Assembly (NCBI GenBank): GCA_951406725.2
Contig: OX597826.1
Coordinates: forward strand, 7,626,001 to 7,690,000
DNA from: Octopus vulgaris
Taxonomy: Eukaryota
Length of the DNA stretch: 64,000 bases
Reading direction: 5' to 3'
Shown: piece after piece, positions 41,108 through 57,113 of the stretch
Position numbering within the stretch: the stretch's first letter is position 1
How the letters are laid out: each line of letters starts with the position of its first letter
Notes under the pieces: model-generated
Databases searched by the model: none
The model's input: only the letters and a program-made list of their open reading frames with translations
What the model was told of the DNA's origin: nothing
Made by a program: the position numbers and the translations under genes

Positions 41108-41500
41108 GGCGCAGGAGTGGCTGTGTGGTAAGTAGCTTGCTTACAAACAACATGGTTCCGGATTCAGTCCCACTGCGTGGCACCTTGGGCGAGTGTCTTC
41201 TACTATAGCCTCGGGCCGACCAAAACCTTGTGAGTGGATTTGGTAGACGGAAACTGAAAGAAGCCCGTCGTATATAGGTATATATATATGCGTGTATGTG
41301 TTTGTGTGGCTGTGTTTGTCCCCCTAGCATTGCTTGACAACCGGTGCTGGTGTGTTTATGTCCCTGTTACTTAGCGGTTCGGCAAAAAGAGACCAATAGA
41401 ATAAGTACTGGGCTTACAAAGAATAAGTCCCGGCGTCGAGTTGCTCGACAAAAGGTGGTGCTCCAGCATGGCCGCAGTTAAATGAAACAAGTACAAGAGT
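41108..41500 (+). mobile_element. SINE family C
   Basis: Near-identical to 35614-36000. Confidence 0.9.
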
Positions 41501-41508
41501 AAAATATA

Positions 41509-41547
<39 letters not shown>

Positions 41548-41830
41548 CTTATGTCAAATCTTCTGTTAATGTTCTGTTATTTGTATTTGTGTACCATTTC
41601 TCCGGTCTATTTCCGTCCTTGTTTTCGTATACATTCGCTGCTTTCTTACAAGGAATCTACTGCTCTTAGCTTAGATTTTCCTTGGGGCTGGCCAGATTGG
41701 AGCAATCTCAAGCATAACCAACCGAAATTGCAAATATAATATGGAACTCGACTGAGGATAGAAGACTCTGACGACTCGTCCTTATTTTCTTTGTATCTTC
41801 TGTCTGGATGTTTTGTGTTCTTGTCCCATT

Positions 41831-41875
<45 letters not shown>

Positions 41876-41962
41876 CAATGAAAAATTGTATAAATGCAGA
41901 ATGCTCGATTGAAAGAAAATTCTAATGAATTGAGAAAATGAAAAAATATAGAAATATATATT

Positions 41963-42004
41963 TATTCAAACCGGTTTTCGTCATAGTTTGACTTATCAAG
42001 AATA
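41963..42004 (-). ncRNA. Type I hammerhead motif, U3-A8 covariant
   Basis: UAUUC-UUGAUAA-GUCA(AACUA)UGAC-GAA-AACCGGUU-U-GAAUA: stems I and II perfect, 8-nt palindromic helix III, C3-G8 replaced by U3-A8. Confidence 0.78.
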
Positions 42005-42659
42005 GTTAGGTGAAAAGGTTTTTTTAAAAATGAGAAAGGGGAAAAAAAGTTGCATTGTTTTTTGCAAAAGAATAATAATAAATATGTATAAAAATTAATA
42101 GTAGTAAATATGTATAAAAATTCAAAAATAAGTACTCCGATACATTGTGAGTTCGTTGTGTATCTTGAGTTTAATAATTGTTCATGAAAAAATTACCTTG
42201 AGGTATTAGGATCCAATGGGATTAAGGCCATGTGTTGTTTGGTTTAATTTAGGATGTTGGCAAAACAGGAAGTAGTAGTAATTGTGGTTCTTCAGTTCCT
42301 GTGTTGTGAATAAGGGGAGACAACTCTTTTGAGTTCTTAAATAAAAGCTGCTGATAAACCCCAAATTATAAAATTGTCATTTTAGCTTCATTTGCATTAT
42401 CTTTTTTATATAATTGTTTGTTAATTTAACTTTCAGATTTTAACACTTTATTTATATTATTTTCTAGTTACATAAATTTGCATAGACAATTGCATTTCAG
42501 ATTATTATATCATAAATAATAAAGATGATGGTAATAACAACAATAGTAAAAATGATATTTAAAGAGTATAAGTTTTTGCTTGAAGTGATGAATCTATGGT
42601 ATCCTTATATATTTGTGTGAGACCATCCATGAAGAATGAGGTAGAAAAGAGAAGTTTGA

Positions 42660-43133
42660 TCAACGAGGAGTTTGTATGTTAAGTTGTGTTTGGAATTTTT
42701 CAATGAAGAGATTCTCCTTGTTAATTCTCTCCTGTGTGGTGATGCCGTCTTTACACTGGTAGAAGGGGAATATATAGAATTTGGGGTTTAGGTCTTTCGC
42801 GCATGTGTCTATGTGGCCACTCAGTGGAATTTGTCGGTATTCCGGGAGATTTATTTGTTCTTTATGCACCGCTACTCGTTTACGTAACGGGAGACTCGTT
42901 TGTCCAACATAATTATGTTGGCAACCAGCGCATGTGAGAACGTAGATAAGGTTCTCGGAGGAACAGGAGAAGTTAGTCTTGATTTTAAACTTCGTACCTT
43001 GTTTGAAGGTAAATTCAGAACCTTCAAGTAGGAGGGGCATGTCCCACAGTTTGGGCGTGCACATTTTTTTACTGCTGCGGGTGGATGTGGTGTGTGAAGT
43101 TTGGCATTTGTCAAGAGTTTTTTTAAAGAACAA
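42660..43133 (-). pseudogene. PLE GIY-YIG endonuclease domain (5'-truncated, one frameshift)
   Basis: NFSCSSENLIYVLTCAGCQHNYVGQTSLPLRKRVAVH...HIDTC...ERINKENLFIEKFQT (LIY/YVG, R, H, E catalytic pattern); the upstream Zn-linker KKCARPNCGTCP is in another frame (ORF 42872-43114), as in Neptune-type PLEs. Confidence 0.88.
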
Positions 43134-44606
43134 ACTTACTTAGAAATGGATGTGTGCGTTCTGACGTGTAATAGCAAATTAATAAATAAAACACATGCAT
43201 ATATACATACATATATGTACGTACCTACCTCTACATGCATATATATGCATATATGGGTACAGGACACCAAAAAAACGTCGAACACAATTAGAAACGAAAA
43301 CATACACACAAAACCAAGGAACTGGACATTTTTCTTAAACAACGAAAAAGTAGAGTACAGGACATATAACACAAGGAAAATTCCCCTTCTTCAGTCGCCA
43401 TGGTTTCATCTACTACGCATTTCGAAGGTGAAGGCGAGACGCGATTTCAGTGAAACGTTCCTTCCCGCGAAAACCAAATTAAATAAAATTTGAGATTTTT
43501 TTGCGGAGGGGTAAAAATGGTAACAAAGACAGGACAGTAAAGACAGTACAAAATATACACAGTAAAAGACAAGACAAGGAGAATAGCAGTAACACAGACA
43601 AGAAGGGTTGTTAAGCCAAACGAGATAAAATATTACGAACGCTATTTTTGAGAACGGAAAATGCCACAGAAAATGCCGTCTACACTCGGGTGAAGCAAGC
43701 TCAGAAAAGACAGCAGTTTCCTCATCGCTGACCAGTGACGGGACAGGGGAGGAGGAGTAAGAGAAAGGGAAGGGGAGAGAGAGACAGGGGAAGAGGGAGA
43801 GATAAATGCGTGTGTGTGTGAATCGCTAAATTATAATAATCGTTTGGACGTTGACTGATGAGGAATTAGCTACGAATTCTCTATTTGTATGTTCTCGTCA
43901 AATTTTCCGTCTGCTATACTTTTGTTAAATCCTGTTCGTTATATTTATTTTAAATCTTTGAAATATATGTCTGTGTGTGTCTATGTTTCTGTCTGTGTAT
44001 GTCTGTGTAATGTATGTATGTATTTATCTATGTACATATATGTGTTTCTGTTTGTATGCGTGTGTGTTGTGATGTACCTTTCATTAAATTGTTGTATTAG
44101 TACTGAAACTAGCTGGTATTTCAGACTTGTTAATGTTTTATTTTTCATTTCAGCATTTCAGATAAAAGTGTATCAAGTGCTTATAGCAAATATCAACACC
44201 AGAAGTAAACCAGTTGTCTGATATTCAAAGGAGACGTACTGTGGATCAATCTGAAGGGGATCTTAGCAACCGTCTGGTTGTACACATCATTGCCACGGTC
44301 AACAGTGTTATTATACAATGTACTTGCAAAGAAAAGAAATCAACCACATCCTGCTCAATTCGGCGTGGGTCCTCTGACAGGTGTCTGCATTGTTGTCAAG
44401 TAGGATCTTCGAATAAGGTAGCTGATGACGCAGAAAATCTTCCAATGATTCAGAGTACTTCTGTGAGATATCTTCATCAACTTGGCAAATATGGCAGAGC
44501 ATTGGTAAAGAAACCTTTTCTTCAATTTACTTATATCTCAAGACAAAAAGGAGAAAGAAATCTTTCGAGCCTTATAGATTTTATGGCGAATGTAAATATA
44601 TATATA

Positions 44607-44705
<99 letters not shown>

Positions 44706-44714
44706 ATACATATG

Positions 44715-44815
<101 letters not shown>

Positions 44816-44852
44816 GAATATGTATATATATATATATATATATGTATGTATA

Positions 44853-44945
<93 letters not shown>

Positions 44946-45037
44946 GTATATATATGTATACATATTATATATTATATATATATATATATATAACATGTAT
45001 ATATAATATATATATATATATAACATATATATTATTA

Positions 45038-45436
45038 GGCGCAGGAGTGGCTGTGTGGTAAGTAGCTTGTTTACCAACTACATGGTTCCGGGTTCAGTCC
45101 CACTGCGTGGCACCTTGGGCAAGTGTCTTCTACTATAGCCTCGGGCCGACCAAAGCCTTGTGAGCGGATTTGGTAGACGGAAACTGAAAGAAGCCCGTCG
45201 TATATATTATATATATGTGTGTGTCCGCGTGTATGTATGTGTGTCTGTGTTTGTCCCCCTAGCATTGCTTGACAACCGATGCTGGTGTGTTTATATCCCC
45301 GTTACTTAGCGGTTCGGCAAAAGAGATCGATAGAATAAGTACTGGGCTTATAAAGAATAAGTCCCGGGGTCGATTTGCTCGACTAAAGGCGATGCTCCAG
45401 CATAGCCGCAGTCAAATGACTGAAACAAGTAAAAGA

Positions 45437-45437
<1 letters not shown>
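45038..45437 (+). mobile_element. SINE family C
   Basis: Near-identical to the 35614 and 41108 copies; TA arrays on both sides. Confidence 0.9.
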
Positions 45438-45485
<48 letters not shown>

Positions 45486-45752
45486 TAAACAAAAATAAAA
45501 GCAAAACCAGGAACAGGATAAAACAGCAAAGGTTAAAAGGACGAATACATTGACTTTGACGCTCAAAGAAATTTTAAGTCAGAAGAAAAAGGGGGAGGCG
45601 ATATTTCGACATGTATCGTAGTCAGAAAGAGGAAAGAGGAAAAGTCCACAGAGAAGGAAAAGTCCACAGAGAAGGAAAAGTAGAGTCCTTGCAAAGCACG
45701 TGTGTCGTTACATATGCTAAAAAAAGGAAATCCATATGTATGTGCGTGTGTA

Positions 45753-45848
<96 letters not shown>

Positions 45849-45876
45849 TGTGTGTGTGTGTGTGTGTGTGTGTATA

Positions 45877-46405
45877 CCTGGTGGCAATAAAGTCATTATA
45901 CAGAATCACAAAAAAAAAAAGCAATACACGCGACACAGACACAGGTTCACGATTGTAAGTTTATAAATCATCAAAGTTGGTTTATAATTTCAAAGAAGAT
46001 GGCTAGGATGACGTGGCAGCGTTGAGTGGTTCCCTTACTCACCAGATTTGACCCCGGTGGATTTCGCTCTAAGGGGAAATTATCAAAGATTCCGTTGGTG
46101 CAAAGAAACCGAGAAATGCCGATGACCTCAATCAATTTATTGCAGATGCATTTACAGACTTTCCTCCGTCAGAACCATTTCTGTCGTGACATTTGTCGAA
46201 GCGTTCTCTCACGTTGTAGGGATTACATTGAAGCAGGTGGCTTCCAGTTCGAACAATATCGATAATTAATTTACTATTGCTTATCATAGCATTTTATTGG
46301 TATTAATCAGAATAATTTTAATGACATATTTCTAGACGATTGATTAATTGCTTTCTCTTAATTGTTGTAACTTTATAACTTTATAGACACTTTATTGCTA
46401 CCCTG
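45877..46405 (+). mobile_element. Internally deleted Tc1/mariner-superfamily element
   Basis: TIRs C(C/A)(T/G)G(G)T(G/A)GCAATAAAGT with TA on both sides (45875-45876, 46406-46407); internal VEWFPYSPDLTPVDF (WPPxSPDLxPxD transposase motif) at about 46020-46065. Confidence 0.8.
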
Positions 46406-46409
46406 TATG

Positions 46410-46475
<66 letters not shown>

Positions 46476-46511
46476 TATGTATGTATGTATGTATGTATGT
46501 ATGTATGTATG

Positions 46512-46561
<50 letters not shown>

Positions 46562-46584
46562 CTATAATTATGAGTATAATTATA

Positions 46585-47020
46585 ATTAGGGTCCAGCAAA
46601 ATTTGCTTCACTGCATACCGAAATTTAGAAATAGCAGTTAAAATACTATTCTACTACCATAAGATATCCCCCAGACAGCAATACTCAACAACTCACGCAG
46701 GTAAAGAGAAAATAATAACGAATCCACCCGGCTCTGATTAACTGTATACGCGTTTAGGAGTTAGAGAGATGTGAAACATGTAAAATCATACTTCTACCCA
46801 CTCATTCCATTTGTCAGTACAGTATTTCAAATTTTAAATTTGAGAGCACTGATAATTAACATACGTATTCGGCCAAGCGTCATCAAACAGCATATATCCA
46901 AAGAGCAGTACTTCCGAATTCAAACAGACGAATGAGATCACATATTCCTCCTCAGTCATTCACGTGTGCCAACGAGTAAAATGCCGCGGAGATTGCCGTT
47001 TACTATCAGGAGGAGAATTA
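46585..47020 (-). mobile_element. PLE pseudo-LTR-like insert related to 31030-31400, decayed HHR
   Basis: Shares GGGT..AGCAA..ATTTGC...ACCGAA.TTTAGAAATAGCAGT with 31040-31095; minus strand has CTGAGGA-GGA...TCC-TAAA-CGCGTA. Confidence 0.55.
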
Positions 47021-47049
47021 TTATATATATATAGTCGCCATGATAGATC

Positions 47050-47240
47050 GTTAGACTTTACACACATTTTTTCTCTCCTTGTTTCTCTCCTTGTTTTTTG
47101 TTTTCTGTGTCCCTTTCTGTAGAAGAGCGTAGGCTTGAAACGTAAAATACTTTTTCTATTCCTGAGCGTTATACTAATACATCTGTTTGTTTTGTACACC
47201 ACTTGTCTTCGTCTTTTGGTTTTTTCGTAAACTCTCCCTA
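47050..47240 (+). mobile_element. Short HHR-bearing repeat (family H)
   Basis: Reverse complement of 36085-36255; CTTT-CTGTAGA-AGAGCGTAGGCTT-GAAACGTA at 47113-47148; runs into (TA)n. Confidence 0.85.
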
Positions 47241-47258
47241 TATATATGTATATATATG

Positions 47259-49540
<2,282 letters not shown>

Positions 49541-50119
49541 TATGTTATGTGAAGCTTAACTAAAGTTCAAAATTAAAAGTTAAATATGATGAACAGATTC
49601 TGCAAACTTTCCAGTAGACTCAGATTCCACTTTCGTTATCTTCATTCATGAGGTCTGTATTTGAATGTAATGAAATATAGAAGATGCCCAACTAAAGCAG
49701 TCTCTCTTGACCCAGAGAGGTAATCAGGGTGTGCTTCATCATGGATAAGACATACTTATGTAGCTCCCGTTCCTCCACATTAATTTAGATAACTGACAAT
49801 TCCAGGGAGCAACAACAGAAAAACAAACATATGTTCAATTCTCTTCGATCGGTGAATAGTAAAATAGTTTGATTATAGCTTCACCGAGTGTGGTGTAGTA
49901 ATTACATAAATGATGATGGAAACGTGTTTTATTATGTGGACCATAATGTAGAGCATATTGTAGTTAGTATCAACGATACTTGGTAATCCTGGATGGAGTA
50001 ATACCGTTGGGAAGATACCTCAAGTCGTTGCGGTCTCTACTCCAAAGATTTTTAATGGAGAGTCTCACATGCATCCTTACTAAAGACGGCTTGTAGAGTT
50101 TTGAAGAATAATATTGACT

Positions 50120-50612
50120 TAAAATTTTGGTATAACGCCAGCAATTTCGGGGCAAAAAAACGAAAGGCAAAGTCAATCCCGGCAGAATTTGAACTCAGAA
50201 CGTAAAGACGGATGAAATGCCGCTCAACATTTTGCCCGGTGTGCTAACGATTCTTATTTCTTTACTGCCCACAAGGGGCTACAAACAAAGGGGACAAACA
50301 AGGACAGACAAACGGATTAAGACGATTATATTGACCCCAGTGCGTCACTGGCATTTGTTTAATCGACCCCGAAAGGATGAAAGACAAAGTCAACCTCGAC
50401 GGAATTTGAACTCAGAACGTAGCGGCTGACGAAATACCTATTTCTTTACTACCCACAAGGGGCTAAACATAGAGAGGACAAACAAAGACAGACAAACAGA
50501 TTAAATCGATTGTGTCGACCCCAGTGCGTAACTGGTATTTATTTAATCGACCCCGAAAAGATGAAAGACAAAGTCGACCTGGGATGCTAACGATTCTGCC
50601 AGCTCGCTGTCT
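50120..50612 (-). mobile_element. Nested/dimeric SINE family D
   Basis: Repeated TTTCTTTACT.CCCACAAGGGGCTA...TCGACCCCGAAA.GATGAAAGACAAAGTC units inside an older copy. Confidence 0.82.
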
Positions 50613-51704
50613 TGTTTTCATGAATAATATTGATATCGTTTGTCCAAATATTTCTCATAGAGATGAATGAAGTAAGGAATACTGGAAGTGTGTTTGAAGT
50701 TTATTTTATTTTACTTCTTATATTCGCGACTGCAGATGTGAATTAAGCAAAATAAACATCAGCTCAGTGTAATGTGACCTCGGGAACGACAGATTGAAAG
50801 CGTTTAGTTTCCCATAGAAGCTATTTTCAAATAGAAAACTCTTTAGTAAATTGATGAAATGTTGTCATTCTAATGGAGTCGTTTTCATGAAACCATATAC
50901 ATCATTTATTCACTGCGTTACGATACAATATTTGTCAAAATAAAAGGTGGCAAGCTGGCAGGATGGTTAGCACGTCGGGTGAAATGGTTAGAGGTCTTTT
51001 CATCCGTCTTCACTGTTTGAGTTCAAATTACGCCGTGGTCAGCTTCGCCTTTCATCCTTTCCTGATTGATAAAATAAGTACCAGTGTTGAACTAGGGGCT
51101 AATGAAATCAATTTACTCGCTCCCGTGAAATGGCGGCTTGTTCCAAAATTTGAAACCAATATATGACAAAGGTCGAAATGATGCCTATGTTAATGAGAGC
51201 GGTCGTTGAAATTGCATCGCAAGAACTTCTAATCATGCACCTAAATTATACATTGGAGTTATCTCTACATTTTCCACCACCCACCAAAATACCTCACTAT
51301 TGAGACATGTTTTATATGAGTATTTTATATACGCAGGTTTACCTATTTCGAATCGCGAGGAGTAGAGCAAAGTAAAATGAAGAAAATAACGAACTGCCCG
51401 GTATGGGAATTGAAACCATGATGTTGTTGTTTCAATTCCAAATTCAATTTTAACACCTAACCACAAAGGCACGTGACTTAATTCCTTCTGCAGACAGCGA
51501 ACATAGATTAATTTTGAACATTTGAAAACATCTGGCAATGTTGAATACGTTGTGGCTTATAAAGAACAACATAATTGAATCTGCGAGCAATCTTGTAGCA
51601 ACTGGCATATATATATATATGCATACATATGTGTGTGTGTGTATGTGTGCGTGTGTGTGCGTGTGTGTGTTGAAGGTTCAAAAGGAGCACACGAGTTGAT
51701 ATAT

Positions 51705-51907
51705 ATGGGAAAAAAATGTCAAGGTAGAAAGTGCTAAAGAAATTTTATAAAAAATATTTCAGTACCGGTTTCAGTCATTGAGACTTTTTTAACTGTGAGT
51801 ATAGAAAAAAATAAAATTTTGGAAAAATTAAAAGAAAAAATTTTTTTAAAACAATATTTGCATAGTGTTCAAATACAAGAGGCATTTTATTTGTTTCTGT
51901 TTCTGTC

Positions 51908-51910
<3 letters not shown>
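51705..51910 (-). mobile_element. PLE pseudo-LTR-like insert with decayed U3-A8 hammerhead
   Basis: Minus 51760-51795 CAG-UUAAAAA-AGUC(UCAAU)GACU-GAAA-CCG-GUA-CUG; G5 lost; adjacent to (TA)n. Confidence 0.55.
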
Positions 51911-52002
<92 letters not shown>

Positions 52003-52684
52003 TATATATATGTTTATATAACGGTAGTATTGTGTGGAATGTTCAACTTTAAATGTGTGTATATAAATATATATACACATTTATAGAATATATATATACA
52101 TTTATATGTGTATATATGTGTGTATGTATATATACATATATATTTATATACACATATATATACTTGTATGTATATATATATATATATAGTATATATATAT
52201 GTGTGTGTGTGTGACTAATATAACGGTAGTTTTGATTGAAACGCTCAACTAATATTCGGTATGTTAAAAGGTGTGGAAGTGTTGTGTGTCATTGTTATTT
52301 TTGACACTTCTACGAGGGGTCCAACCCCTTTTATGCAGATGACATTCCATATTGTTTTTGTAGCAACACCATGCCTCACAGGAAGGTAATGCCTCGAATG
52401 ACATATCGGGTCAGCAACTCATTATATGTTGTGTGTTGCTCGCACAATCATCGAACTGGTGGAACTTTTTCCCCTCTGCGTTCTTCGTTTCGTTTGTTCC
52501 CAATGTATGTATGTGGCAATTCATTACATCGTTTTAGTGATGACTAATCCATCAAAAACATCACTTTTACAGTCCAGCGCGACGGATAAGACAAATCATT
52601 ATGGAACAATGGCTCTGTTCTCCTCCGAAATGACCAGCTTTAGATTTGTATGGGACTTCAACGCTCAAGACACAATCTTGTTAA

Positions 52685-52745
52685 ACAATAATAATAATAA
52701 CAACAATAATAATAATAATGATGATGATAATAATAATAATAATAA

Positions 52746-52776
<31 letters not shown>

Positions 52777-52949
52777 AAGAAGAAGGAGAAGAAGAATGAA
52801 TGTAATAAAAATAATAATAATAATAATATTAATAATAAAAAAAAATAATAATAATCATAATAAAGAATGTAATAATAATAATAATAATATTAGTAATAAT
52901 GAAGAATGTAATAATAATAATAATAATAATATTAGTAATAATAAAGAAT

Positions 52950-52989
<40 letters not shown>

Positions 52990-53006
52990 TAATAACGAAT
53001 GTAATA

Positions 53007-53073
<67 letters not shown>

Positions 53074-53260
53074 TAATAATAATAAATGACAACAGCAATG
53101 CCAACAACAACAACAACAACGACAGCAGCCACAACAAAAACAGAAATCACGCGGACGAATAACATCAACAGCAGCAACAGCAGTAACTAGCATCAGTAAT
53201 TGCAACACCATCACCAACAACAACAACTGTAGCAACAGCAGCAGCAACAACTACAACAAC
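52685..53260. repeat. Compound trinucleotide array (AAT, AAG, CAA/CAG) with higher-order GAATGT-punctuated units
   Basis: Direct reading; AAGAATGT(AAT)n unit repeated about 5 times. Confidence 0.9.
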
Positions 53261-54159
53261 AAAATCGGGTAGGCAAGTATACCAAACGACGCGGCCATAG
53301 CTTGATAATGAAGTCATTTTATATTTAATCCATATGCCTCCCCAGGCGGCTTTTCGACGGAGCGGCTGAAACATATTTTTGCCGCCATTGTCTTCTGGGT
53401 GCCAGGCTAACAACAACTTAACAGCAACTCTACGCGTTCGTGAATTGCTATTCATTCAAGTATCTGCTTATTTCTCTCTCTCTCTCACTCTCTCTGTCTC
53501 TCTTTCTCTTCTTCCTTCTCTCACTCCCACCTCCTACCATTCTGCTCCACTAAATAACAACAATGGCGAAAGGCTGTCCAGCAGTAAGCATCCAATTGGT
53601 TCATCCATCTAAAACATTTTATTTATTTGGGTTTAAGAGAAATTCTATTGCTTTCCATATGTATACCATGTGTTTGGCTTTGGACAGAAAACACAACCCT
53701 CTGTCCACACATTCTTTATATTTGACAATGAAGGCTAAAGATTTGACACGTCTAAGATATGAATATTCGCACCTCTTATTCACCCACACTCTCTCTTTCA
53801 CCCTCTCCGCCTTTGCGTATGCGTGTGTATTTGTTTGTGTGTGTTTGTGAGTGTGTTGGTCTGTTTATATGTCTGTAATTCTGAGTGCACCTCTACGGGA
53901 GCGTTGATATATTTGTGGCTATGTGGAGTATGCGTCAAGTTATTTTAGAATGAGGCAGTGTTTGTGAAAGATTGTATATGTGTATGTTTGTATATGTGTA
54001 TGTATGTACATGAGTGTATGAGTGGAGGCGAGAAAGAGATAAAATGAAAGAAAGTGTTTGTGCCAACATTGTGTGTATAAGTTTATATATCTATGCTCCC
54101 GTGTGTGTTTTTCTGGGCTCATTTCTGTTTTATATGTGCGCAATATGTACCACGGTGTG

Positions 54160-54900
54160 GTTTAAGGCAGTGAGGAGAGGCCGGATGATGTTTTGAATAA
54201 TTGGGATAGGTGAATAAACGAAAACATTGGGAAATATCTGTGGAAAGAACAAATGAGAAAGAAAAGGAGTAAGAGAGAATAAATGGAATGAAAATAGAAA
54301 AAGGAGAGAACGAAGGATGAATAGAAGCAAAGAAGAGAAATACGAGAAACTGTAAAGATAATGAAGGAATAAGAATAGGCTACGGGGAACGAAGTTTAGC
54401 GGAAACAATATTGAAGGAGAAGAGAGAGGTGCGAGAGGGAAGAAGATGTGGTAAAAGAGAGTGTAGGACAGTAAAGGAGAATAGTAAAGGCTAGTAGTGG
54501 CAAGAGAGAATGAGAAGTGAAGACTGTTAATAAGAGACAATAGGAATAATAAGATTTTGGTAAAGATGAGGGAGGGAGTGGATTTATAGAGAGTGAGAAA
54601 AGATATAATAAAGGATGGGAAATTGATAGAGAGGAAGAAAGGGGATAGGAATGGAGATAGGGTGATACGAAGAGGTTATACAGAAATTGGGAGAGGAAAA
54701 TAGATAGAGTGGGACAGAGAGATAGAAAGACAAAGGGAGTCAGGGAATGTCTATTCGTGAAGGAGAAGAGAAAATGTAGGACTGACACGAGAAGCGTACT
54801 TGGTTACGGCGAAGAAATTTGGTAAAAAGACACGAAATGATGTTTAGTAATGATGAGGGTTTGAAAACGTCGATGGAGAATATGGAATGGGAATGTTTGT
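54160..54900 (+). repeat. Purine-rich (GA/GGA/GAA) low-complexity tract
   Basis: Strong strand asymmetry with very few C over about 700 bp. Confidence 0.75.
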
Positions 54901-55687
54901 TTCTTCGATCAAAAGAAGAATAATTGAAAAGACAAAACAAAACAAAAAATAAAGAATATATATATATATAAATAATAAAAAAAAGAATGGTAACGAAATC
55001 TCTACAACAATACAACGTCGGAATTAAACAGATGGGGTCAAACGAACGGACAAACATAGCGTCATGAGAATAAAAGAATATTCGGACCAAAGTCTTGTAA
55101 AACAGCTGGTTACGTCCTTTGACCCCCCCCCCACTCCTACTCTTACTTATAAAATACTACGCAATACTTTGGTTTCTTCGTTTGTATCAAAAATGCATGA
55201 GTTCGTCTTGATTAACCATTCAAAAGAACTATTGATTTCCCAAAATCGGAGTTCTGTCTACTTCTTCTCTGTTTTGTCCACATGCAAACTGATTCCAACC
55301 AAAGCTTCCAATGTTAGAAATATTTTTCTTAAAAATTCGCAAATCGTTGTAAAAATAAATGGACAACAGACAATAATTGTTATTATTTTTATTATCCAGT
55401 ATTGGATTTATTTTTTTGGTTCTATTATTTTCGTTTTTGTTGTAGTTTTTTTAATATTCCTTTCCAATGTTGTTTACTGTATTCGTGTTTAAGAATACGG
55501 GTATATTTGATTTTGTAAAGTCGACGTGACAAACCAAATTATTTCGCTTCTAAATAAAATACATACTTGGAAATATAGATTTGTAGTTCTGACAAATTCT
55601 TTTTATTCTTATTTCTTATTTTTCTTCATTAATTATTATTATTAATTTTTATTATTATTATTATTATTGTTATTATTATTATTATTA

Positions 55688-55792
<105 letters not shown>

Positions 55793-55999
55793 TTTACACG
55801 ATTCTCTTGCATTCATTGTCATTATTCCTATGTCTATAATAGTCCTATAATGCCTCGTTTTATTATCTGAAGAGAAAGTATGATTGACAAAATTTTCTTC
55901 TCAAGTGTATTTGCTCTCCATATCTGCAAAGATGGCGGATATACTTCGCTACATACATACATATATACATACATACATGTAACCATTTGTGTGAGGGTT

Positions 56000-56041
<42 letters not shown>

Positions 56042-56185
56042 TAAATACATAAATGAATGGATGTGAACTTCAGTCATTTGGCTGGCATACGTAATTTAAT
56101 AATATACTTTTGGCATCCAAACCTTTTTTAAAAACAAATGTTGCATATAAAGGCATGTATATACACAATAATACAATACCAACAG

Positions 56186-56249
<64 letters not shown>

Positions 56250-56871
56250 ATATATATATAAATTTTCAGAATGAGCATATGTATATATGAAAATTTTTAT
56301 ATATACACATGCTGATATATGACCTACGTTGGACTCCTCATTCGCATAATCACCGAACCTGGAGACTAACTATAGTCTTATTGACACAATTACTTCTCAT
56401 AACCTATATATATATGTATAAATATATATATACATGTAAAATGTTTGTGATTGATCTATATTTTGTATCTTTTCATTTGTCTTGCTTGCTTACGTTCTGG
56501 AGTTTGCTAAATTTTCTTGAGAACATTCCTTTCTTAGTGATAAGACGATAGCGGATCTTCTTCTAGCATAATGGATGTCCACTTTTATATGTATCCCTTT
56601 TATATGCACGTAATATAATTTTTTCTGAAACTTCAGATTTTCAAATATGCTAGAACACTGGCTTTAAATTGATATTAATCTAATTAATATTCAATTTTTC
56701 ACCCTTATTATATATATATATATATATATATATTATATTACATTAGAGATAAAACCACTATTAGGCAAATCAAACAATGAAAAACATAAGCCAATACATA
56801 AAATTAATTAGTTTATATTATTTTAAATATATATCAAAAGTATTAAAAGTTTAATGAAAGATAATGAGTAT

Positions 56872-56945
56872 AACACTACGATCGTTTCATGGCTGTCCAA
56901 TTCGTAATAATTCGAGTTATGGTTACATTCAATCTTCAGGTAATT
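56872..56945 (-). ncRNA. Degenerate type I hammerhead motif in the host insert of the CR1
   Basis: UUAC-CUGAAGA...GAA-ACGAUCGU-A-GUG; palindromic helix III, weak stem II. Confidence 0.45.
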
Positions 56946-57113
56946 GAAATATTTATCTTAGCGAGGTAAAATAAGAAAAGTCAACGAAAATGCATATTGC
57001 AGGTATAAAAATACTATTTATGATAGGTAGTGACAAAAATATACATTTAGAGTATTACGAGTCAAAAAGGTCATTATTATTGATGATTATAAGAAGTTAA
57101 TAATAATAATAAG

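Larger units (their letters stand above)
41875..43135 (-). mobile_element. Penelope-like element 3' portion (GIY-YIG endonuclease plus 3' pseudo-LTR with HHR)
   Basis: GIY-YIG ORF followed by an AT-rich 3' region containing a hammerhead motif and AATAAA, ending at (TA)n. Confidence 0.85.

Noticed and set aside
44214-44590. Non-repetitive start of the 259-aa ORF (MSDIQRRR...)
   Set aside because: No recognisable domain or clear exon structure; it lies in a microsatellite-flanked insert, probably TE-derived.
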